From Vicugna vicugna (taxonomy: Eukaryota), in assembly GCA_013265495.1 (NCBI GenBank), contig MU058384.1:1737690-1801689 (forward strand): a stretch of DNA of 64,000 bases, written 5' to 3'. The position numbers were made by a program, and so were the translations under genes. The notes beneath the pieces are model-generated. The model saw only the letters and a program-made list of their open reading frames with translations, did no database searches and was not told the origin of the DNA. The first letter of the stretch is position 1. The number at the start of each line of letters is the position of its first letter. This document shows positions 53,301 to 64,000 of the stretch, one piece after another.

Positions 53301-54162
53301 TTTGTATTATCCAAAGCTTTAGTTTTCATAACTGTTTAACATCAGAACAATGTTTTAAAACAAATTTGAACAAGAAATTCTGAATATATAAAGCACGTAA
53401 AAGTGAAGCTGAGAACACTCAAGGTCTGGAGAGCACAATTTGAAAACCACTGATCTAAAGCTCTCTTTTAAAAAATGCTTTCCTTTTTTCTTTGTCTCAG
53501 TGGAAAAGAAAAACATCTGGAAAGGATCCACCATATTAGTTTCCCTATGCGTACACCAAAACATATGGATTAAGTCACCTGTCAGCTTTTTCTTCTCCAG
53601 ATTAAACAGCCATTATAAGTCCCATTTCCCATCCTTTTAAAATAGATTTCCTTTTTTTTAATGAACCTTCTTTAGTTTCTGTAACTCTTTATTAAAATGT
53701 AAAGTTACAAAGCAACCACAATGTCTGAGCAGAGCCAAGTGTAGCAAAAGGATTACTTCCAGCTCTATCATTTGATATTCTCACTCCTAACACACTCCAA
53801 GTTGCTTCCTTTTTAATAACAGCCATTCCATTGCTGCCTCGTCTTCAACCAATAGCTTAGTTTGACTCACAATTTTTTAGGGAGGGGGGTGTGGCAGGGA
53901 GCTGATTTGTTATATCTAGACAATAATTTCCCATCCAATACCCATGTCATTTGTTATTGTCCTCATGGGGACTTTGAAGTTTTTTTTTCTATTGAATATA
54001 GTCCCGTTTTTCATGGCATATTTCTATAGTTAAGGTCACTCCATTTCTCTTCTGCCTTCCAACATATCTCAACTTTATAACCAATGTGAGTGTTGTCTAG
54101 TTTATTGTTAAAGTTGTAGACTAATAAAATGTCAATTACTTGAAAAGAATCTATATATGAGG

Positions 54163-54552
54163 TGTTACAGGCTGAACTGCATCCCCCAAAATTCATATGT
54201 TGAATTCCTAACCCCCAGCATCTCAGAAGGTAACTGTATGTGGTTATAAGGTCTTTAAAGAGATGATTAAATAAAAATGAGGCCATCTGAGTGACTCCTA
54301 ATCCAGTCTGACTGGGTGACACACAAAGAGACACCCAGAATTTCAGCACAGAGGAAACAGAGAAGAGACGGTGTGAAAACACAGCAAGAAATCGGCCACC
54401 TGCAAGCCAAGAAGAGAGGCCTCAGAAGAGACTACCCCTGCCAATACCTTGATATTGGACTTCCAGCCTCTGAATTGTGAGAAAATAAACTCTATTGTCT
54501 GAGCCACCCCATCTGTGGAATTTTGTTAAGGCATCCCTGGCAGACTAATACA
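54163..54552 (+). mobile_element. MaLR solo LTR (MLT1A/B-like)
   Basis: TG...CA termini: TGTTACAGGCTGAACTG..CCCCCAAAATTCATATGTTGAA...GGACTTCCAGCCTC...GTGAGAAAATAAA...GCAGACTAATACA. Confidence 0.85.
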
Positions 54553-56618
54553 GGCCACACTCTGCACGGCAGGGCACAGCCCCTGGGGCTCACCGAGGAA
54601 CCTCTACTACTATAGAGAAGGCTACAGGAGGGCAGAAAATGCCCATAACTCAAGCCAGAATAAGTCACAGAAGAAGATCCGAGCAAAATGCCCTGGGAGC
54701 ACCAAAGGAGCCAGAATTCTTTCCATCTGGGGGATCAGGGAAGGCTTAAAAGAGGAGATCTCATTTGAGCTGGACCTTCAAAGATGGGCAAGATTCCGAT
54801 CATTGCGGGTGGGAGGGGTGGGGATGAGAGCAATCCAGGGGAATAGGACTTTATGAGCATAAACCAGGCTTACTCTATACCCATGATCCCTTTTAGAACA
54901 ACCTCAGCTGTCATTCACCTGTAGACAAGATTGGTCCTTTGCAAGCCTGATTAAACATCAGAACTAACTGGAAGTTTTTAAAAAAAATCATTTAGAGCCT
55001 CAGGCCCTGCTCTCAATCCGCCGAATCAGAGATGATGTCCTGAATCTTTATTTTAACCATCTTCTCAGATGAGATGGTATCAACTTCAACAAGTTTAAAG
55101 ACCCCTTTTTAATAAAAACATTTCACTGCCTCCCCCCATGGTAATAACTGTATTCCTGTCAAATGTGAAAATATTTAAAGACAGAAAAAAATATTCTGAG
55201 TTTGGTGATGATTTTAAGTGAATTTATACTTTATTAATTAGAATAAAATCCACAGGTTTAAAAATTATATGAATATATTATTTTGACATATACACATACA
55301 CATAAGACATTATTTATTCAACTTGCAGATAATGTAAGGTTGCATATAGGGCTTCCATCTCTTTTTTTAACCATGTGTGCTCACCCTGACACTGAAGTCC
55401 ACCAACAGTTTCTGGATCTGGATCCACTGACAGTTCCTACCCCAAATTATACCACAGACCAGTAAAATATCAGAATTTTCCATCAGAATAGGAGAGAGAA
55501 GGAGAAAGGCAGAAATAGGGATTGCCATCACACCTCATTCTCAAATAGAGGCTCCTGACTCTTCATGGTGGTGGGATGGACGGTGGAACAAAGTAGCAGC
55601 AGTGTTTTTCTCACCAGCTAAGACCTAGAGGCAAGATCTCGGGAGGAGGAGAAGAGGAGAAAGGTCCAGAGTCTGCCTTTGACTGATTCTCTCCCCTTTT
55701 CCCTAAACCCTCTGAGAAGATGGTCATGGGTTTGGGGGTTTGTTTGTTTTTAAATCTCTGAGATTCAAAATCCTCCTCTCTGAAATGATGAAAGTAATCC
55801 CTAGTTGTTAAAGTGACAATTAGGTGAGCTCATTTAGGTGAAGTATAAAAAAAAACAGTATTCGACCCCATGCTGCTCTCCAGCCTCACCCTCACCCCAC
55901 CACACAGCTATGAACTCTTTTGAATATTTCTGAAGCTAGGTCCTTCAGTTAGCCTTTCCTCAACTCACAGTTCAGCTGAAGCCTGAGGCTTACTTCTAAA
56001 AGCCCTGTTTCAATCAAACGTTCACACCAATGGGGACTTCCTCCATACTCAGCAGCCAATGACCCCGGGGGAGCCATCCTCCCAAACAGATCAGTTTGCT
56101 CAAGTCCATGACAGGCCACAATGTGGATAGTGGTAAACTGTTGTGAACCTTCCCACTAGAGTTTTCTGCCGCCATTTTTGAAAGTAACCTTCTCCAGAAA
56201 ATCTTTCCTGACCACCCCCTTATAAGCCCTTTATTTGGGATCCCTTGGTACTTCTGCTCTATTCCGTTCGTTCATTCACTCTTTAATCAGTAAAGACTTG
56301 TTTTAGACACTGAATAAACAAACAAGCAAGGTCCCTGCTCTCCAGGAGCTGCCACACTAGGGGGAAGACAGTAAAACTCCAATATGTAACATGTCAGGTG
56401 GGGAAAAACACTAAGAGGAAAAATAAAACAGTGCAAGAAGACAAAGAGGGAATATTGCTAGTTGGTAAGACAGTCAGGAAAGCCTAATTGAGGTGGTGTC
56501 TGAGCATAAACATGAAGAAATGAAAGTGTGGGCCAGCAAGAGATCTGGGAAGAGAGTTCCAGGCATTGCCTTACTTCCAACAAGGCAAGAGTCTTGTGTT
56601 ATTCAGTTTCTCCACCAC

Positions 56619-57079
56619 TATTATGGGTTGAATTGTGTCCCTCCAAAAATATTGGAATACTAACCCCCAGTACCTCAGAATTTGACTTTATTTAGAGAAA
56701 GTGTCTTTACAGAGATAAGCAAGTTAAAATAAGGTCAGTAGCACAAGCCCTAGTCCAATAAGACTGGTATCCTTACAGAAAGAGGGAAATTTGGACACAG
56801 AGACACACACACAGGGAAAAACACAATGTAAGGATTAAGATAGAGATTGAGGTGATGCATGTACAAGCCAGGAAACACCAAAGATGGCCAGCAAACCACC
56901 AGATCTAGAAAAGAGTCATGGACAGGATTTTCCCTCACAGTCCTCAGAACCAAACTTGCCACACCTTGATCTTGGACTTCTAGCCTCCAGAACTGTGAGA
57001 CAATCATTTTCTGTTGTTTAAGTGTGGTGTAAGCAAAGTTTGTGGTACTCTGTTGTGGCAGCCTTAGGAAACTAACACA
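56619..57079 (+). mobile_element. MaLR solo LTR (MLT1B/C-like)
   Basis: TATTATGGGTTGAATTGTGTCCC...GGACTTCTAGCCTCCAGAACTGTGAGACAAT...GGCAGCCTTAGGAAACTAACACA. Confidence 0.85.
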
Positions 57080-57149
57080 GCCATCTAGCACCATTAGGAC
57101 CACAGAGGGAACACTGCCTTGCCCAGCTTCCCAGGACAAACCCGTGATC

Positions 57150-57695
57150 ACACTGATTATTTGTGTACCTCTGGATGACTGTAACAGCTCCTCAACTGAA
57201 CTCCCTGTTTCTAGTCTTACTTTCTCAATCCATTCTCCATGGTATTGTCCTGATCTCTTTAAAATGAAAATTTGACCATCTCACTGGTTCGCAAGCATTT
57301 GTCCACTTCTCATTATCTTCAGGACATAATCCAAATTTCTCAGCTTGGGGAACCAAAACCCATGGGATTCAGCCTGTTTACCAGTTCAACCTTGTTTCTC
57401 TCACCTCTGCCCCCTCCTAAGACGGCCTAACTTCTCCTCATCCTCAGGCCTCAACTTACCACCACCTCCACTAGGAAGCCTTCCCAAGTCCCAAAGACTA
57501 GCTTAGGTGTCTCTCCTATATGCTGCCAGAAGTCCTTGTGTTTAATGTTGTTGTGACACTTATCCTAGTGTGTCTAAAGCTTGTTTGTCCTGCTCCACCT
57601 TTTGACCATGAGTTCCTGTCTTGGTTGTATCTCTAGGAGCTAAGAAAAGTGCCTGACACTTGGTAAATATTCACTGGATGAATGAATAAATGAAC
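57150..57695 (+). mobile_element. L2 3' region
   Basis: Pyrimidine-rich body ending AGTGCCTGACAC...TAAATATT...GATGAATGAATAAATGAA. Confidence 0.75.
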
Positions 57696-57844
57696 AAAGC
57701 ATACCATGTTCTAACCAGCTGATCCCAGAATGAATTTTCTGACCCCCTCTAAGGGGTGGGGGATGGGGAAGTGACCTTTCAAGGGATTTCCCAATAGTAT
57801 GTGGAACCACTGGAGCAGGATGGAGCTGCACCTTTCCTTAATGG

Positions 57845-58030
57845 TTGCAAGAGGAATTTAGATTAGACATTCAAGAGCTGGTCCTTGTGTCGCAAGACAC
57901 TGCAGTATAAGGGAGGGAAGTAAACAATCTATCTAGCAATTTTGAGTCTGGAGTTGACCAATATTTTCAAGTCTAGTTTTTGATAGGAAGTGGCACCTTT
58001 AGGTCTCTTCCAAGGCTCTGATTCTATAAC
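57845..58030 (+). mobile_element. CR1/L3-like 3' end
   Basis: ATTTAGATTAGACAT...CCTTTAGGTCTCTTCCAAGGCTCTGATTCTAT resembles the CR1/L3 terminus. Confidence 0.45.
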
Positions 58031-58813
58031 TGCAAGTCCATGATCTACAGGTAAAAGTGGTGGGTGATCAGATTAGGCGATTGTTGCAACCAGATTAGGA
58101 GATTGTTGCAACCAAAAATGCAATGTATTCTGTACACAAGTCTCCAAAAAGTAATGTTTTTGACGTTTAAAATTATTGCATGCACGGTTATAAATGCTGG
58201 AGAGCTTGGAAAAGGAAAGAGAGGAAGAGAGAAAGATAGTAACAATGTAAATACATATATTTAATATTATATACATACATACATAGCTGGAGGAAGACTG
58301 AGGAGTAATAAATTTAAATAATCAGGATTTGCAAACTCCTGAAAGGGGAAATGTATCAGAATTTCCAGCCCTCAAGAAATAGGGCCTAAAAAAAGTGTGA
58401 GCAAGAAGGGAGAGAAAAAAGGTGGGGGCGGGGGGGGGCGCGCGGAGGGACTCGCTCTTTGCAGCAGGAAGAGGAATGGCTATCTAGTTTTGAAGAAACA
58501 ACTGTGAACAGAAGTCCTTATTCGGAGCGCTAAACTCGCTTTTACCACATAAAGAGCAACATAAAAGCTCAGAGCAGCCCCATCATGGTGCTGGGGAAAC
58601 AACTCTGCTTCCCCATTTGAGAAAGCAAGAGACTTGGTAGTAGCCCAGACCGGTCTTAGAGCTTTTATTTGCAAGTCAATGAGCCAAAAAGACGACCAGG
58701 CTAGTTGTGCCGCGTTCAGGGAAGCAAGGTTATTATTATCGCCTATTACCCCACTGAACAATTTCACTGAAAAGGAAGAGTCCCAGCAGTGTTTGCGCAC
58801 GGTTCCATACAGG

Positions 58814-58828
58814 ACGTGCAGCTACGTG
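58814..58828 (+). promoter_or_regulatory. Tandem hypoxia-response elements (HIF RCGTG cores)
   Basis: ACGTG at 58814-58818 and TACGTG at 58823-58828, about 1.1 kb upstream of the TSS. CITED2 is an established HIF-1 target. Confidence 0.65.
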
Positions 58829-59900
58829 CCCACCTCCAGAACGACTTTATTTACAAAGCGATTACCATGTTATCTATTTGTTTTCCTTTTCCAGCAACAG
58901 CAGCCTTACTCAGCCCTCGAATTTCTTAATTACAAACCCGTTCGCTTCTAAATCAACCCGAAACCGTCAGGCAGAGCCCGGAGGGAGGCTATGCAAGTTT
59001 GCACACACTCCCACCTCCCGGATCAAGGGCAACAGCAGAAGCAAGAAACTGTGTATGTGCAAAAAGGTGGATCTGGGGACGAGGATCGCTGAGTTTGTTT
59101 ACAGAGCAGAGACGCCTCAGCTCGGATGCCAAAGCTACCAAGAGCTGCAAACGCAAACTTAGCAGAAGCACACGTACCCCGGGAGCGGCGAGTGGGCCCG
59201 AAAACGCGGACCGGATTCCTAGGCGCTGGAGCGGAGGCGGCCGAGCCCGCGAGCGCGCTAAGTCCACCTGCAGCCGCTGCCTCTCCCCGCCCCCAGCTCC
59301 TGTCCTTGAAAGGAGTGGAAAATAATGCAACTACATGCAGACTATCTAGATCAGGTTTACCTACTGCCCCTATAAAAACACAAAGGCACAGCCCTGGAAA
59401 GCGCGCGCAGAGGAGGGGGCATTATTTGCCCTGGGCTTACAAACCCACTCGGGTAAACACAGTCATTCTTTGCAACCTGGGTAGCCCTTTGCAGAGCCGC
59501 AAAGGTAGAAGGGCACCACGGAGGGAGGCGGCGCTGAGTGAAGCCCCTTTTCCGTAGAAAGCCCAGATCGCTAGGTGAGCTGGGGGTGAAGAACCCGGCC
59601 AGAGGGGGGCGGTGAATTTTCCTCGCTTCTCTCCGGGCAGGCGCTACCTTCGGGCTGAGAGTCCAGGGAGGGTTTTCTCCCTGCAAAGGGGGCGGCCGAA
59701 CTGGCCCCGGGTTTGTGGGCCAGGAGGAAACCAGAATCCGGGGGCAGCCGGGCGGCGCCTGGGCCTGAAACGTCTGCGCACGTGCCTCCGGCCGCGGGGA
59801 CGCGGTTGCCCGACCCGGTCCGGTATGCCTACTGTTCCGGAATCCGCGTTTTCTCGCTGCTCGCCCAGGAGGCTCTGGCTCCGCCCTTCCTGAAATCCCT

Positions 59901-59908
59901 TATATTAA
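59901..59908 (+). promoter_or_regulatory. TATA box of the CITED2 promoter
   Basis: TATATTAA within GC-rich DNA, about 30 bp before the inferred TSS, with a GC box (CCGCCC, 59881) just upstream. Confidence 0.8.
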
Positions 59909-59931
59909 CTGTGGCCAAAGCCCGAAGAAAC

Positions 59932-60166
59932 ACAGCTCATTGTTGGCAGCTGCCGGGCGGTCTTGCCGAGCTGTGAGGGCAGCAGAGGGGAAATAAAAGG
60001 GAACGGCTCCGATTCTGCCCCAGCGGCTGCTGCAAGACCTCGGCGCCGACATCGCGACAGCGAGCGCCCTGCACGCGAGGAAGGCCCCCTCTATGTGCTG
60101 CTGAGCTGGTCCTGGACCCGACGATCCCGCCCTCAGTCTTCGGAGCAGAAATTGCAAGGACGGAAG
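59932..60166 (+). other. CITED2: CITED2 exon 1 (5' UTR)
   Basis: Starts about 30 bp after TATATTAA. ACAGCTCATTGTTGGCAGCTGCCGGGCGG... matches my recollection of the human mRNA 5' end. Ends at donor GAAG|GTAAGC. TSS position is approximate. Confidence 0.85.
60093..60104 (+). promoter_or_regulatory. Upstream ORF Met-Cys-Cys-stop in the CITED2 5' UTR
   Basis: ATG TGC TGC TGA in exon 1. Confidence 0.7.
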
Positions 60167-61461
<1,295 letters not shown>

Positions 61462-62325
61462 CTCGATCGAAACCCTGGCGAAAGAAATCAAATCCCCCAA
61501 CTTCTTCGGTGTGAATTAAAAAAAACATTCCCTTAGACACAGTATCTCACTTTTCAGATCGTGAAAGGTTTGAGAACTTGGAAACAAAGTAAACTATAAA
61601 CTTGTACAAATTGGTTTAAAAAATTGCTGCCACTTTTTTTTTCTGTTTTTGTTTCGTTTTTGTAGCCTTGACATTCACCTCCCTTATGTAGTTGAAATAT
61701 CTAGCTAACTTGGTCCTTTTTGTTGTTTGTTTTTACTCCTTATTTCCTCACTTTCTCCAGTGCTCAACTGTTAGATATTAATCTTGGCAAACTGCTTAAT
61801 CTTGTGGATTTTGTAGATGGTTTCAAATGACTGAACTGCATTCAGATTTACGAGGGAAAGGAAAAATTGCATTAGTTGGTTGCATGAACTTTGAAGGGCA
61901 GATATTACTGCACAAACTCTGCCATCTCCGCTTCATTTTTTTAACTATGCATTTGAGTACAGACTAATTTTTAAAATATGCTAACTGGAAGATTAAAACA
62001 GATGTGGGCCAAACTGTTCTGGATCAGGAAAAGTCATACTGTTCACTTTCAAGGTGGCTGCCCCCCTCCCCCATATGTACAGACAATAATAGGGTGTGGA
62101 ATGTCGTCAGTGGCAAACATTTCACAAATTTTTATTTTGTTTCTGTCTTCAACATTTTTGACACTGTGCTAATAGTTATATTCAGTACATGAAAAGATAC
62201 TACTGTGTTGAAAGCTTTTTAGGAAATTTTGACAGTATTTTTGTACAAAACATTTTTTTGAAAAAATACTTGTTAATTTATTCTATTTTAATTTGCCAAT
62301 GTCAATAAAAAGTTAAGAAATACTT
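61462..62325 (+). other. CITED2: CITED2 3' UTR, AU/U-rich
   Basis: Follows the TGA. U-rich, with ATTTA at 61846 and 62276. Ends shortly after AATAAA. Confidence 0.85.
62304..62309 (+). terminator. Polyadenylation signal of CITED2
   Basis: AATAAA followed by G/U- and U-rich sequence at about 62321-62380. Confidence 0.85.
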
Positions 62326-64000
62326 GTTTTCTAGAAGTCATTTGGGGGTGGTTATTCCCTTTGGTGGCTTTCTTTTTTTCTCTTGAAGTTGAACACTTTA
62401 TTAATGAGAGTAAGCATTCCAAGGGATAAATTACAGGACACTAAAACAGGTCATGATGAGCTTAAAGCGGAGAGTAGGATTTAACATAATTGGCATAATG
62501 CTTCATTGTTATCACTGTAACATGCCTCTTGGTGTGGTTTAATCAAAAGCTGCAAACTTGTCAAAGAGCATTTTTTTCTTAATTGCCATCATATTCAAGT
62601 GTACTCCAGAGTTAGAAAGGTTTGTAATATTAAATGTTATATTTTTTCATAAGGTGGGAGGGGAAAAATCAAGTGTTTCTGGTTATACCTGATTTTTAAA
62701 TGGAGGTAGATTGGAATAATATACTGGAAGATTGATGAAGATGGCATTAAATATAAATCTACCTTTATCTCTAGTGACGACTTTTATTTCTCAGCAAAAG
62801 TACTAAGGAGAAGCACACATTTAATAGCTTAATCTCTGAAAAATCTTCTGCCTAGTTTATAGTTCTAAGAGGAAAATGGGGTAGAATCCCACTGTAAGGC
62901 TTTCTATTTTGTTCTCCTATACTACTTAAATTTTACTCAGCAAGGTTGATTCAAAGGTCAAATTACAATCTTCACAAAATACTCCCTCTCAAGCATGCCC
63001 GGTTTTCCAGAATTCTGAGCTTTTCCTGTTACAGGTATTGGGTGCAAAGGACATAAACGTTAAGATCCTTTTCTAATTTCACTCAAATGCATTATCAAGA
63101 AGGCAACCACAGTTAAGTAGGTGTCAAGTTTTGCCTTATATAATCAAGCAAAAGAAAAAGTAATGTTGTTAAAATCTCAAATGATCCCAGTTGGAAGAAG
63201 AAATTTTGCTTTCCCTGTCATGTTTTCCTAGCTTATCTTATAAGAGCAACATACCTATATCCATGAAAAAATAGCCTTTTGTATGTAACATACTGGAGGA
63301 GTACAGAAATGTAGGTTGAAGAAAATCTCACAAATAATCCTTTAAAAGAGCATTTCATTTAGACTCTTAAGATTCTAATCTTAAATCCCATATTTCATAA
63401 TAAAAAAATCAGGAGAGGAGGGCATACAGAAGTGTTAAATTACAGTGAGTCTGGCATCAAGGCTGATTTCAGTATAATTCAGATCACCTACATTCTATAA
63501 TTCTATTTCCAAGGCAGGTCATTAAAATTAAGATGCACACTCCACTGGGTTTTTTCCTACCTCTATAATTGACACTTTCTTATTAAAAATTATATTCTAG
63601 GTAAATTTATCTGAAAATACACCATCATTCAAAATTCTTCACCCCATTTTAAAAGCAGATCCATATTTCCCACATTAATAGTTAAAGCTGAAGTTTTCTT
63701 CAGCTAAGACATGTCAATACTAAATCTGCAATCAGCAGTAAATCTTCCTGGCTAAGCATTTTCACATTAAGTTTTCCTTTTTCCTTTTTCTTTTTTTTTT
63801 TCCCAGAGGCTCAAGTGAAAAAATATGTTTGCATACATATTAATAAAGCAATTCTAGTTCTTTTTCACTTGTGCCAGGAAAAAAAATAAAAGAAGAAGGC
63901 TATTGGAGGCATTGGGTTTTTTTGCATAAAGAAGCAAAAGAATTGCTTTGCCACCACCCTTCACCATTTATTCTGCCAGGGAATAAGCCACAACACCTGC

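Noticed and set aside
32721..58112. Short direct repeats (16, 18 and 22 bp) as a CRISPR-like array
   Set aside because: Each has only two copies, the three are unrelated and far apart, there are no spacer series or cas genes, and the DNA is mammalian.

Overview
Mammalian genomic DNA, very probably camelid: there is a Vic-1-type tRNA-Ala SINE at about 8.1-8.2 kb and a young camelid-style L1 3' end at 13.1-13.65 kb. About 58 kb is gene-free, repeat-rich intergenic sequence (L1, L2, MIR, CR1/L3, MaLR LTRs, hAT and Tc2 DNA-transposon fossils). It is followed by a CpG island and the complete + strand CITED2 gene: TATA at about 59901, non-coding exon 1 at about 59932-60166, a 462-bp intron, a single coding exon with CDS 60637-61461 (274 aa), and AATAAA at 62304. 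CITED2 is the only protein-coding gene I can support; the other ORF-track entries are chance ORFs or retroelement remnants. I found no evidence of a new multi-gene system. The most noteworthy items are a ~553-bp, ~99%-identical tandem duplication about 42 kb upstream of CITED2, translational-control elements in the CITED2 5' UTR (an MCC uORF and an in-frame CUG), a lengthened Ser/Gly junction, promoter HRE/FOXO sites, a 22-bp promoter duplication, and several unusual retrotransposition scars. Repeat family names and comparisons with human CITED2 come from recalled consensus sequences, not from searches, and repeat boundaries are approximate.
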